Shown here piece by piece: positions 9,188-19,600 of a stretch of 64,000 bases of DNA (the stretch's first letter is position 1; every line of letters starts with the position of its first letter). The stretch lies in sequence record OQ031495. The stretch is one strand, 5' to 3'. The position numbers and the translations under genes are program-made. The notes under the pieces were generated by a model. It saw only the letters and a program-made list of their open reading frames with translations, ran no database searches and had not been told where the DNA came from. The stretch is from Escherichia phage MRostami-2023e.

Positions 9188-9389
9188 TTCTAAAGCAGAT
9201 TATTTTAATTCTGTTAATGATAAGAATAAAGCTTTAATTCGCCACTTTATTACTGAGATGGGTTATACTGACTCTAAAGATTTGAAAGAGCACATTATCG
9301 AATGTTCTGTGGCTAAAAAGTTTTCTTTCACTAGTAAATGTTTAAACGAGGTTATAAAGCATTATGAACAATCTTGTAGCAAAACATGA
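9171..9389 (+). CDS. hypothetical protein
   Basis: 72-aa ORF. Confidence 0.5.
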   Translation: MMRIIDSKADYFNSVNDKNKALIRHFITEMGYTDSKDLKEHIIECSVAKKFSFTSKCLNEVIKHYEQSCSKT

Positions 9390-9772
9390 TTTCAATAAGG
9401 CTTCCGTCCATAAGGACAAAAAGAAATCAGAACTTCAATCTAAACGTAAACAAAAACATAAGGGTAAAGACTATGCTTACTAAAATCAAAGAAAATCCTG
9501 CCACTGAACTTGTTATTCGATGTGAAGAACTTGCAGAGCTTTATCAGGTTAACCGAGAAGTGTGTCGTAGTGTTATCGTAGATATGGCAGACGAAGTATG
9601 TTCTCGTATTCCTTTTAGTGTTGATTTCAATCACATGAAGCCTGGTGAAATCACTATCGTCTTTGGTTCTGACTATACTGAAGAACGGGCTCTTAATGCC
9701 CTAGAATATGAAATGACATTCTTTGACATACAGGACTACATTGATAGTTATAAGGAACGATATGAGTCATAA
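9386..9772 (+). CDS. hypothetical protein (alternative start at ATG 9472)
   Basis: 128-aa ORF; ATGA overlap at 9386. Confidence 0.5.
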   Translation: MISIRLPSIRTKRNQNFNLNVNKNIRVKTMLTKIKENPATELVIRCEELAELYQVNREVCRSVIVDMADEVCSRIPFSVDFNHMKPGEITIVFGSDYTEERALNALEYEMTFFDIQDYIDSYKERYES

Positions 9773-9923
9773 TCTTCAGAACGTAGTAGAGGCCGAACGT
9801 GAGCGTGAGGCCTTAGTCTATAATGAATTATTAGCTCTGTTCTTAGCCTTACACTCGTACGAACAGGAAGACTATACCAATTACGTTAAAAGCGTAGAAA
9901 AAGCCGTTTACAATCAACACTGA
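9762..9923 (+). CDS. hypothetical small protein
   Basis: ATG 9762 preceded by AAGGAA; the track ORF 9723-9923 starts further upstream in the same frame. Confidence 0.4.
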   Translation: MSHNLQNVVEAEREREALVYNELLALFLALHSYEQEDYTNYVKSVEKAVYNQH

Positions 9924-9969
9924 TAATGGTACTATATCCATATCAACTAAGTGGAATGAATAAAACGTT

Positions 9970-10242
9970 ATGAATAAAGACATTGAAATCGTACGTGAAA
10001 TTATTACTATTGCTTCTATTTTGATTAAATTCTCTAGGGAAGATATTGTTGAAGACCGAGCAAGTTTCATCGGATTCTTGAATGAGATTGGAATTAAAAA
10101 AGATGGTCGGCAGCTAAATCAGAATTCGTTCAGAAAACTAATTACAAATTTAACTGCCGAAGAAAAGAAAACACTGATTAGTGAATTCAATGAAGGTTTT
10201 GAAAATATTTATCGTCATTTAGCGATGTATTCTAACAACTAA
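9970..10242 (+). CDS. hypothetical protein
   Basis: 90-aa ORF; its stop abuts the convergent holin gene. Confidence 0.5.
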   Translation: MNKDIEIVREIITIASILIKFSREDIVEDRASFIGFLNEIGIKKDGRQLNQNSFRKLITNLTAEEKKTLISEFNEGFENIYRHLAMYSNN

Positions 10243-10902
10243 TTATTTAGCCCTTCCTAGTATTCGGACCGCTTGGTTGCATATAGCCGCTAAGCGGTCC
10301 TCCTCAAGTATATTATTCCCCTTATACCAATACATCGTCACAGTTCCAGCATAGATGTTATCCAAATTAAAGTATGGACAACTATACATATAAGAAAGTT
10401 CGGCGGTCTTAGATTTTGTAGGCAAAAATGCAAATTCTGATTTAGATGAGAAATGACGGCCGCTTAAATGAATTATATATTCATCGGCCGTTTTATCCAC
10501 TGGGAATCCGCCAAGGGACTTTTCAGAAATCGTGCTAGGTAGTTTGCCTTCATAAGCTATAAGGTCGACAAAATAATTTAAGTTTTTAGGTCTGAAAGAA
10601 TACACAGCACTAAAATCTGCACCAGATGAGATATGAACTATTTGCAGTTGTTCTAGAGCCGCAGATTCAAAACGTAAAGCTCGTTCTTTTTGGATTATTT
10701 CAGTATAAGTATCATACTTAGCTCTTACATAATAATCCAGTAAAATACTTCCTTTGTACCATATTAGTGCCATTAGGAACAAAAGAATAATTACCGCTAC
10801 TCGGGACATTAAAACCTTTCCAGTAGCGTTATCTTTGAAAATACGATCTAGCAACCCAAATAGAATATCACTAAGCGAAAATGATACTTTTGGTGTTGCC
10901 AT
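10243..10902 (-). CDS. t: holin T (lysis-timing holin with large periplasmic domain)
   Basis: 219 aa; ..SDILFGLLDRIFKDNATGKVLMSRVAVIILLF..YSCPYFNLDNIYAGT..RILGRAK matches T4 T (218 aa). Confidence 0.93.
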   Translation of the reverse strand: MATPKVSFSLSDILFGLLDRIFKDNATGKVLMSRVAVIILLFLMALIWYKGSILLDYYVRAKYDTYTEIIQKERALRFESAALEQLQIVHISSGADFSAVYSFRPKNLNYFVDLIAYEGKLPSTISEKSLGGFPVDKTADEYIIHLSGRHFSSKSEFAFLPTKSKTAELSYMYSCPYFNLDNIYAGTVTMYWYKGNNILEEDRLAAICNQAVRILGRAK

Positions 10903-10911
10903 AATACCTCC

Positions 10912-11463
10912 TTACTTAAAGATATTTATAATCGCTTTGACAATAGATTTGTTTTCAAGGTCCGGGAATTTAGGGAATTCACCGCCAAGATGTTCATGTT
11001 TTTCTAAAAGGGCAAAGAATTTTTTGAGCTCTTTAAATTTTCGTTTTTCTTCTCTATTAGCAACCTCTGCGTCAATAAGAGAACTTAAAACACTGAATAA
11101 TTTATAGAGTTCATGAATTTTCTTATCACGTTGAACTACGCGTTTATATGCTTCATCTTCCTTCCACCCGTCATCGGTCCAAATGTCAAATTCACCAGGT
11201 TCTTCTGTAGTAACATTTTGAAGAGCACCTGGAGTGTCAATAACAATTTTTTGCTTATCATAAGTCCATACTGTTTTTCCACGATGGTCTTCAACATATA
11301 CCCATTCTTGCTCGCGTTCGTCAAATATAACAGCATAGCCTTCTTTAGGGTCTAAAGGTTTTTTTGATGTCGAGTGAGCCGGAAGACCCATACCTTTAAT
11401 CGGTTTGTAATTTTCTTCTTTGTAAAATTCTTTAGTGTCAAAATAATAATGATATATTTTCAT
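10912..11463 (-). CDS. 38: gp38, T4-type tail fibre assembly chaperone
   Basis: 183 aa; MKIYHYYFDTKEFYKEENYKP.. matches T4 gp38; adjacent to gp37. Confidence 0.9.
   Translation of the reverse strand: MKIYHYYFDTKEFYKEENYKPIKGMGLPAHSTSKKPLDPKEGYAVIFDEREQEWVYVEDHRGKTVWTYDKQKIVIDTPGALQNVTTEEPGEFDIWTDDGWKEDEAYKRVVQRDKKIHELYKLFSVLSSLIDAEVANREEKRKFKELKKFFALLEKHEHLGGEFPKFPDLENKSIVKAIINIFK
10923..10930 (-). promoter_or_regulatory. late promoter TATAAATA for t, inside the 3' end of gene 38
   Basis: plus-strand tatttata 21 nt upstream of the t start codon. Confidence 0.55.
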
Positions 11464-11470
11464 ATTTAGA

Positions 11471-11486
11471 AGGGGCCGAAGCCCCT
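11471..11486 (-). other. GC-rich UUCG-loop hairpin between genes 37 and 38, no clear U tract
   Basis: aggggccgaagcccct; possible attenuator or RNA stability/processing element. Confidence 0.4.
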
Positions 11487-11490
11487 CTCC

Positions 11491-14400
11491 TTATGCTAAA
11501 CGAACGATATAGTTAAAAGCAACGTTTTTAACTGTGTTTTCTGTATTACCTGTACTATTTACAGTTATTGTATGTCCATGGGAACCAATTGCAACAGTAT
11601 GAGAATGAGCACCAATACCAACAGTATGAGAATGAGCACCAATACCAACAGTATGAGCATGGTTACCAGTAGCGCTAGTAGTTCCTGACCAACTATGAGT
11701 GTGGGCACCATCTGAAGAAGTTTTGGCCATATTCGACGATGCAGTAGCACCGCTCACGGTTGCAGTGAATTTAGCGTTGCCGTTTGGACCCGCACTATTG
11801 TATCCATCATAGAATATGCTAGTGGGTATGCCGCCTTGTACCTGAGGACCTGAACGCGCGTGTTGGTGCGCACCAGCGGAACTAGTATTACCACTCACTG
11901 TATGGTTATGGTTGCCAGTGGTATTACTGGTCTTAGTACCATAATCAAAGCTTGAAGTCGTTTTGCTACCGTAATCAAAACTAGAAGTGGTCTTAGTACC
12001 CAAATCTGTGTTTGATGCACTTGCACTATGGCTATGTGACTTAACACCGTCTGCTTCTGTACTTAATACAGCACGCCCAGATGGTTTACCCTTAATAGTT
12101 TGCCCACGCATATCAGGAATAGTACCTGTAGGATATGCGATAGCAAGCTTAGGATAAGCTGCGGTATCAAAGGTCTGACCTTCCATTAAAGCAAATCCAG
12201 CAGGAATTGAATCGCTTGGCCATGGAATNNNNNNNNNNNNNNNNNNNNNNNNNNNNNNNNNNNNNNNNNNNNNATTTAATGTGGTATTCAGGTTAGCAAA
12301 GTTTCCTGAACCGCCCGTGATATTACCATCAGTGCCAANNNNNNNNNNNNNNNNNNNNNNNNNNNNNNNNNNNNNNNNNNNNNNNNNNNNNNNNNNNNNN
12401 NNNNNNNNNNNNNNNNNNNNNNNNNNNNNNNNNNNNNNNNNNNNNNNNNNNNNNNNNNNNNNNNNNNNNNNNNNNNNNNNNNNNNNNNNNNNNNNNNNNN
12501 NNNNNNNNNNNNNNNNNNNNNNNNNNNNNNNNNNNNNNNNNNNNNNNNNNNNNNNNNNNNNNNNNNNNNNNNNNNNNNNNNNNNNNNNNNNNNNNNNNNN
12601 NNNNNNNNNNNNNNNNNNNNNNNNNNNNNNNNNNNNNNNNNNNNNNNNNNNNNNNNNNNNNNNNNNNNNNNNNNNTTGTCCTAATTGCATTCTGAAATTA
12701 GGAGCAATACGACTATGACTTGCTAATACAACACGCTTACTGTCATTGTCCACAGTAATCATATTACCGCCAGCGCCATCATCTCCTAACGTAACAGAAT
12801 GGCGCATTTGTACCATACCATTATNNNNNNNNNNNNNNNNNNNNNNNNNNNNNNNNNNNNNNNNNNNNNNNNNNNNNTCTTTAGGAGTCGGGATAATATG
12901 TAATGCTGTTTCTGAACGACGGAAAATAGCACCGTATTCGGCGTTCCAAATTCTCAATGCATTTGCTGTTCCGCCAAATTTAGCTTGTCCATTTACAGAC
13001 AATCCATTATTTGCAACTAAGCTTGATTCGGTTGTAATAGAACCNNNNNNNNNNNNNNNNNNNNNNNNNNNNNNNNNNNNNNNNNNNNNNNNNNNNNNNN
13101 NNNNNNNNNNNNNNNNNNNNNNNNNNNNNNNNNNNNNNNNNNNNNNNNNNNNNNNNNNNNNNNNNNNNNNNNNNNNNNNNNNNNNNNNNNNNNNNNNNNN
13201 NNNNNNNAATGAGTTACCCCATGCCTTAATAATCACATAGTTTTTATTCTGTCCTTCGCGAGTACCACCGTTCCATTGGATAGCTCTTGTTTCATCAACT
13301 TTGCTAGGGGCGCCAAATTTAAGGCCTGCAATATTATTAGAATTATTTAAAAATAATTCATTGTCTAATTTAACAGGTTGGATAGAAGAAATAGTGCCGT
13401 CAGCATAAAACTGTACGTTATTAGAACCAGTTACCAGTTTAAGAATACCTGGGTTAATTTCCATACCTTCCTGTGTATTAATGTTGGTTTGGCCTTTACC
13501 ACGGAAATAATGGGAAAATTTACCGCCAGAATTATATCCAATGTGGGTTTGACCATCACCTGCATTGTTTGTATCAGCCTGGGTTTGAACCGATAAAAGT
13601 GCGGCGTTGGTTCCAGGCATTGTCCAGGTTCCGCCTTGGTCTTCTGAGCGTCCAAATAATGCTTTACGAGTACTACGGAAACTATCAGGAGTAATAGAAG
13701 CAACAGAATTCCAATTACCTACTAAATCATAAACACCCTGCTTAATGTATTTTAAACCAGTGGCAGCATCACCTAAAGCAATATATCTTTCTCCCATTGG
13801 AGTAGGAGAACCATAGTTGTTAGTATTTTCATCAGTGGTAATTGTGCCAATAGCAAGTGAACGACGTAATACCATTGCGCCATCATTACGAAGACCCATT
13901 AATTTAGTAGTAAGTGTATTTCCGGTCCACCAAGAAATTTCATCATTCTTACCAGTTTGAGCTGAAGCGATTTCATGGTAAATAGTTCCGCCTGATTTAG
14001 CGCGAACTTTACGAAGATAGTTTACACCATTTTCTTCGCCTGTTCCAGGATAAACATATTGAACTAATGATTGCGAATCATATTGTCCGAATGCTTTTGT
14101 GTCCAAAACAATGGTTTTCGTATTAACTTGTGGAGCAGAAACTATACCATTGGCAGAGTTAATATTGCCTGATGCAGAAATATTACCTGCGCGGACCTCA
14201 ATACTACCAGAATCTACAATAAAATTACCATTACGGTTAAAGACCCAGTGTTTAGAATTGTCTGGAGCTGTAGAATCAATATAATGAACTCTAAATGAGC
14301 CTTCGCTTACTAGTGTACCTACCGAAAAAGTACCGTCTTTATAACGTTGCTTAATCAAAGGGTGGTATTCTGAAACAGAAGTAGTTGAACTTAAATCTGT

Positions 14401-14733
14401 AAAGATAGGGGCTTTATTCGAATGTTGGTTAGCCCAAGCGCCATTACCAGCTATTTTAGGCAAGAATTCGATATACTTTCCTGCATAAACAAACTGGTTT
14501 CCATTAAGATTATATGAGCCGTTTTGTAAATAATCACCATTTTGAGTTACATTACCGTTAATATCCCCGCCCTTAGCAAAGCCTAGGCTAATAATATTAC
14601 CAAGGTCATCTTTAGTAAAAAGAGTTCGATCTTTTAAGTTTATCGCTAATTCGCCTTCGGCTAATTGTGCTGCAGTAGGATTAACTCCTGCCACTTTGCT
14701 TCTTTTAAATTGTATCTGTTTTAATGTAGCCAT
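11491..14733 (-). CDS. 37: gp37 long tail fibre distal subunit (receptor-binding tip)
   Basis: 1080 aa; N-terminus [13 protein letters not shown]..; C-terminus with HxH repeats ..[34 protein letters not shown]..; four N blocks inside. Confidence 0.93.
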   Translation of the reverse strand: MATLKQIQFKRSKVAGVNPTAAQLAEGELAINLKDRTLFTKDDLGNIISLGFAKGGDINGNVTQNGDYLQNGSYNLNGNQFVYAGKYIEFLPKIAGNGAWANQHSNKAPIFTDLSSTTSVSEYHPLIKQRYKDGTFSVGTLVSEGSFRVHYIDSTAPDNSKHWVFNRNGNFIVDSGSIEVRAGNISASGNINSANGIVSAPQVNTKTIVLDTKAFGQYDSQSLVQYVYPGTGEENGVNYLRKVRAKSGGTIYHEIASAQTGKNDEISWWTGNTLTTKLMGLRNDGAMVLRRSLAIGTITTDENTNNYGSPTPMGERYIALGDAATGLKYIKQGVYDLVGNWNSVASITPDSFRSTRKALFGRSEDQGGTWTMPGTNAALLSVQTQADTNNAGDGQTHIGYNSGGKFSHYFRGKGQTNINTQEGMEINPGILKLVTGSNNVQFYADGTISSIQPVKLDNELFLNNSNNIAGLKFGAPSKVDETRAIQWNGGTREGQNKNYVIIKAWGNSXXXXXXXXXXXXXXXXXXXXXXXXXXXXXXXXXXXXXXXXXXXXXXXXXXXXXXXGSITTESSLVANNGLSVNGQAKFGGTANALRIWNAEYGAIFRRSETALHIIPTPKXXXXXXXXXXXXXXXXXXXNGMVQMRHSVTLGDDGAGGNMITVDNDSKRVVLASHSRIAPNFRMQLGQXXXXXXXXXXXXXXXXXXXXXXXXXXXXXXXXXXXXXXXXXXXXXXXXXXXXXXXXXXXXXXXXXXXXXXXXXXXXXXXXXXXXXXXXXXXXXXXXXXXXXXXXXXXXXXXXXGTDGNITGGSGNFANLNTTLNXXXXXXXXXXXXXXXIPWPSDSIPAGFALMEGQTFDTAAYPKLAIAYPTGTIPDMRGQTIKGKPSGRAVLSTEADGVKSHSHSASASNTDLGTKTTSSFDYGSKTTSSFDYGTKTSNTTGNHNHTVSGNTSSAGAHQHARSGPQVQGGIPTSIFYDGYNSAGPNGNAKFTATVSGATASSNMAKTSSDGAHTHSWSGTTSATGNHAHTVGIGAHSHTVGIGAHSHTVAIGSHGHTITVNSTGNTENTVKNVAFNYIVRLA
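11585..11665 (-). repeat. three tandem 27-bp units encoding the repeated HSHTVGIGA / HxH motif of the gp37 tip
   Basis: accaat(t/a)(g/c)caacagtatgaga(a/c)tgagc repeated 3 times. Confidence 0.7.
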
Positions 14734-14741
14734 AAGTCCTC

Positions 14742-15407
14742 TTAATAATAGCCGAAATCTTGAACAGAATCTTTAATTACAATCTGGTCGAAACGAGGAA
14801 CATGATTAGCCTCAGACGCCGGATTCTGTGAGAAAAAGTTTGGTGCTGTTAAAGTACCAGTCATGGTATCGCCTTTACGCAATACACGGGAATTTGCGTT
14901 ATCCGTAACAATATTTATTCGTCCATCAACATAATCTTTTCTTGTGAGATCATTTGCTGCAACCGGAGCAGTAGCGTTAGAACGGACAGGACCAGTTGAA
15001 TAAATACCACCTTTAGTGCTGATATCACCAGTACGAGTGTTAACAACAACAGTTCTACCTGCAGATCCTTGTGATGATTTAAAACCAATGCCATACCATG
15101 AAACAATATCAATATTTGCTGTATCAAAAGTAGCAGCATCGCCATTGCCAGGATAAATACCACTTTGATTTGTGTTATTTACGGCATAAGGTACTTGCAC
15201 ACCATTATTAAATGTTACTCGAGCGGCATACGTACCACCATTTGCTTTAGAAACGAAATCGTTATCAGCCGCTTGTGGTTTATTATATTCTGAATAGAGT
15301 TTAAACGTTTTATACAGGACGTCATCACCTGCTGGCATTAAAGGGAAATTACCTTGATGCCATATAACAGCACCGCCAGTTGTACTACCAGCTTTTAAAT
15401 CGGCCAT
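14742..15407 (-). CDS. 36: gp36 long tail fibre distal connector
   Basis: 221 aa; [29 protein letters not shown].. matches T4 gp36. Confidence 0.92.
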   Translation of the reverse strand: MADLKAGSTTGGAVIWHQGNFPLMPAGDDVLYKTFKLYSEYNKPQAADNDFVSKANGGTYAARVTFNNGVQVPYAVNNTNQSGIYPGNGDAATFDTANIDIVSWYGIGFKSSQGSAGRTVVVNTRTGDISTKGGIYSTGPVRSNATAPVAANDLTRKDYVDGRINIVTDNANSRVLRKGDTMTGTLTAPNFFSQNPASEANHVPRFDQIVIKDSVQDFGYY

Positions 15408-15431
15408 AGTTGTCTCCTTATATGTATACCA

Positions 15432-15439
15432 TATTTATA
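15432..15439 (-). promoter_or_regulatory. late promoter TATAAATA for gene 36
   Basis: plus-strand tatttata 25 nt upstream of the gp36 start. Confidence 0.6.
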
Positions 15440-15446
15440 CAAAAAT

Positions 15447-15464
15447 GGGAGACCGAAGTCTCCC
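15447..15464 (-). terminator. GGGAGAC-UUCG-GUCUCCC hairpin after gene 35
   Basis: gggagaccgaagtctccc; minus strand reads hairpin then AUUUUUG. Confidence 0.6.
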
Positions 15465-15469
15465 TAAAT

Positions 15470-16597
15470 TTAGTCTGATGCTTCTTTAAATTCTTGACCA
15501 AATACCTTACCAGTATCGGTTGAAGATTGAGTAGTTAATGTCATTATGTCTGGGGCACTTAAAGATTCTGAAACATAATTTACACGAATACCATTTATAC
15601 CAAACTCGGCAGGTTTTGAAACGCTTCCATTACATGATACTTCAGTGAATATAACGTTTCTTAATCCACCTTGCCCGACTGGAGCTGTACGATAACAATA
15701 AATCGTGAACCCGTCAGCACCAGCAGGAATTTCTATGTAGTCTTCATATATCTTCCATTCACCTGCAGCCCCATCAAAGTTTGTATCCTTAAATGAAATA
15801 GGTGAAGTAGAAGGAGATTTAAAGAAACGAATAGAAAGTCGCGTCGTCCCTTGTGCTAACAAATCGGCATCGGCCATTAGTTGGAATTTCATATAAAGGA
15901 AATCTCCAGGCTTCAATTTATACCCAGTGAGAGGTGTAATAACGGACGTTGTAGGCATCCTTTTAATTTCATTATTAGCACCTCCAACAGCAGATAAAAA
16001 TGTGTCTGTCGATTCGTACGTACGTCTAGGGAAGCCGGTAGCACCAATATCATCGATCGTGTCGTACACAACATCAAGTGGTGTACTATAGTCGGTTGAA
16101 GTTTTCTTATTACTATACTTAATATGTTCTAGTGCTATAGCATTCTTACCAGAAATATAAAACGCAGAATAAGAAATGTCCACTATATTTAAAACTTGTT
16201 GAGCTAATGGAATAACAGAACTCCCAGCTTTAGTAAACCATGCGAGAACTTCAGGTGGAAAGTTTGTTTTAGCGTTAGTAACAAGAGCAAATATAAAATT
16301 TGAAGCATATGTGTCCATGTAAGTAACAAATGCACTTGACGTGGCGTCGTTTTCAGTAGAGAAATTATATGACTTAGATTCAACTACTGCACCTGTTGTA
16401 GGATTTATTACACGAACGTTTAATCCAACGGAAAAAACCTGGGACCCAAGTGGATTATCTTGAAACTTAATATAAGCAGGAGATGTTGATAGCGGGCAAG
16501 ATCCCGCTATGCTTAATTTAAATCGTACCGAATTGCTTTCCGATAAAAATGGCGTTTGGACGTATCCTTGTCCAAACTTAGCCATAAATTTTTCCAT
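15470..16597 (-). CDS. 35: gp35 long tail fibre hinge connector
   Basis: 375 aa; MEKFMAKFGQGYVQTPFLSESNSVRFK.. matches T4 gp35. Confidence 0.92.
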   Translation of the reverse strand: MEKFMAKFGQGYVQTPFLSESNSVRFKLSIAGSCPLSTSPAYIKFQDNPLGSQVFSVGLNVRVINPTTGAVVESKSYNFSTENDATSSAFVTYMDTYASNFIFALVTNAKTNFPPEVLAWFTKAGSSVIPLAQQVLNIVDISYSAFYISGKNAIALEHIKYSNKKTSTDYSTPLDVVYDTIDDIGATGFPRRTYESTDTFLSAVGGANNEIKRMPTTSVITPLTGYKLKPGDFLYMKFQLMADADLLAQGTTRLSIRFFKSPSTSPISFKDTNFDGAAGEWKIYEDYIEIPAGADGFTIYCYRTAPVGQGGLRNVIFTEVSCNGSVSKPAEFGINGIRVNYVSESLSAPDIMTLTTQSSTDTGKVFGQEFKEASD

Positions 16598-16605
16598 AAT
16601 ACCTC

Positions 16606-19600
16606 TTATTCAATCCACTCGAATTTAACAGATTTATTCACAGGGTCTGGAATAATGCGGACATTACCAATCCTTAAGAAATCCCTTATTGTCAAGTTTC
16701 CGATTGTTGCATTATCAGAAGGTAAGGCACCAATATCAGAAGGTTGAGGAGGGTTTCCGCCATCAAATACCTGAACAAAACTTGACCAAGAATTTTTAGT
16801 TTTCTGCCATGTACGTGTCCAGCGAGTGGTACGTGCGTCTGGAGTTGTTGGATAAGTAATCCAATCTTGGTAAAGTGAATCAAGAGTATTGCCAAATTGA
16901 GTCAAAGTACCAGGAGATTTAACTTCTTCACCACGTTCTAAGTATGGAAGCCCAGTCACTTCATTAGTTTTTTCAACCATTTTAAAATAACCTGGGAACT
17001 GGTTATAAGTGGCTGAATCATTAATATCAATTGACCAGAATCCTACAGTATCGGATGTTGGCGCACGAGTATATAAGTCAGATGTTTTAGTACCCTGAGA
17101 ACGAATTCTAGAGTTAACAGTCAAACCATCTGAATTTATAGTAGCACCTTTGGCAATGATTAAGCCTTCACCAATCGTTACTTGGCCGGATGCATTATTA
17201 ATAGCTAAAGGACGTAATCCATTAAATCCGCCAGTCTGATCGCCTGATGCAGTGAGCATAAAATAGGTATTAGCAGCGTCATTACGAATAAAGAATCCGT
17301 AATCACCACTAATTGCTCTGAAAGCATTTGCAGACTTACTAATGAATTCGCCATTAGCAGTAACTGAACGTCCGAATGTTGCAACGCCATTAACATTCAT
17401 CAAACCGGAAGCATTAATGTTTATTGGCATCACAGTACCATTAATGCTAAACGCTATATTCCCATCTTTATTACGTTGAGAATAAAAATGATTAGACGTT
17501 TCATCACCAACTTCAAATACAGTAGAACGTGTTGTATCTGATCCGCCACCAAACTGATTTCCCCAAACTCTGATAGTCATTGTCTGTGCTGGATTAGTTC
17601 CAGTTTGAGGTCCTTTCTCAAAAATCAGACGAGTTGCCGTTCCAGTATTAGAAATAGTTAATGTACTATTTGCCGAAACTGACCCACCAAACGTAGCAGT
17701 ACTAGATGATACAAGAGGGGCACTCAGATTAGTTTGTTTCGTTAAGGTTAGTGAACCATTAACCGTCTGTGCAATATCCCTACGAATGAACTGAGATGAA
17801 TCTATGCCATCTAATAAATTTGCGTCAGCAGCTTTTGCTTTTAATGGCAAATAGTTAGCAAGTACACGGTTTAATTCATATGGAGATATAGCATAGCTAT
17901 TTTTTTCATATGATTCTAAAGGTTGTGTTGAACCGACTGTATCATTACCAACGAATGTAATTGAACCAGATGAAGTTTTAACAAAACCTCTTATCGCCGT
18001 AGTAGCAGCCCATGTTGGTTCACTCTGGACAATCCATTTTAAATTCTTAGGCGATACAGCAGTATTAGCAGAAGTTCCTGTTACAGTTTCAGCCCGAGTA
18101 GCAACCTTAATTACACCTTCAGACGTTTCAGTGGACTTAGTCCCTAAAAGCTTTTTAGGAGTAATAAGAACATCATCTAAAGTTCCTGCATTAGATTCTG
18201 CCTGGGTCGCTACGCGAAGTGTACCACGTTGTGTTTCATTTGCTTTAGAAATATCAAGAGTATAATGGTTCCACAAGGTTCCTTCTTCAATAAGTCCGGA
18301 ATCAGAATTAACACTGGTACGGTCAGAAGAATCAAAATGAGTTTTAATTTTCAGTGGAGTCGAGATACGAGTATCATCAGTTCCAGTATCAAATTCAACT
18401 TGCGTAGCAAGTTCGGCTATGCCGGATAATCCTTCCGTAGCTTTCCTATCATTTAACGTCTTAGGCGTTACTGCCCGCGTATAATCAGTCCCAGCATTAG
18501 TTTCTGCTTGCGTAGCAATTTCAATTAAACCAATACGTCCATCAGTAGAAGTTTTCTTATGTAGTGTTTCAGGAGTTACTACAGCATGAGAATAACCTGC
18601 TTGAGATTGTCCAGCAATTACTTCACTATCGACAGCTAAAATTACTGCACCTTGTTGAGCATAAGTTGCTTTATATTGGTCAAGGGCTTTAGGAGAAATA
18701 GTTAACGTGGTTGTGTCTTTATTATAAACATTAGTGCCTGCAGCTCCACGAGTCGCGGCAGGTGTAGCAGAAGTAGTTGATACATATTTAACTATACCAG
18801 ATAGTGTTTCAGAACCCTGACGTGCCTGCAATTTCTTAGGTGTAATAATTGTTGTGTCATCAAGACCGGCATCAGTTTCAGCCTGAGTAGCAATTTCAGC
18901 AAGACCACGACGAGTTTCAGTTGCTGTACGCTCGTTTAGTTTTTTAGGCGTAACAATAGTATCATCCACAAATGCTGCAGTGGAATTCTGGTTAACTTGT
19001 GCTGTTGTAGCAATTTTAGCGATACCACGACGAGTTTCAGTTGCTGTACGATTTGCCAACGTTTCAGGAGTAATAGCCACTTCTTTAGCTGGAGTATTCT
19101 CTAAATCAACATTTGCTTGCGTTTGAGTAGCAAGAGCAATAACACCTAAACGAGCTCGTGTAGCATCAGTTCCAGCATCAACACGTTCTACCGTAGGGAC
19201 ATTCTGTTGCACAACCCAATAATGAGTGTCAGAATCGGTGTCTTCGATATACGCTAATTCTAATACAGGAACATATGAAGTAGTGCCATTGAATTCTAGT
19301 TCAGTAACAGAGACCCATTGAGTATCAGGTGGATATTCAGAACGTTTAGGGAACTGAAGTAATGCAACAGAAGAAGCAATTGTATCACCTTCGGCAGCTT
19401 TAATTTTTACTGTTTGGCCTTTACGCATGTAGTTCATTGAAATTTTAACAGTGTCACCGGTCAAAATTCCTGTAGGAAGCGTAAGGTTAATAGTTTCTGC
19501 TGTAGCGTTATTTGTACCAAAAATAAGAACTTCTTCATTTGGGCGAATATTTGAATCTGTACGGATAATACGAAGACGTGATTTCTGGTCGCCTTCCCAT

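Noticed and set aside
11585-11665. Possible CRISPR-like array suggested by short tandem direct repeats
   Set aside because: The units are contiguous, have no spacers, and are in-frame coding repeats of gp37; no CRISPR repeat-spacer architecture exists anywhere in the window.
11565-11750. 61-aa leucine-rich ORF on the minus strand overlapping the gp37 repeat region
   Set aside because: It is an alternative-frame artefact of the tandem 27-bp repeats; the gp37 frame is the conserved one.
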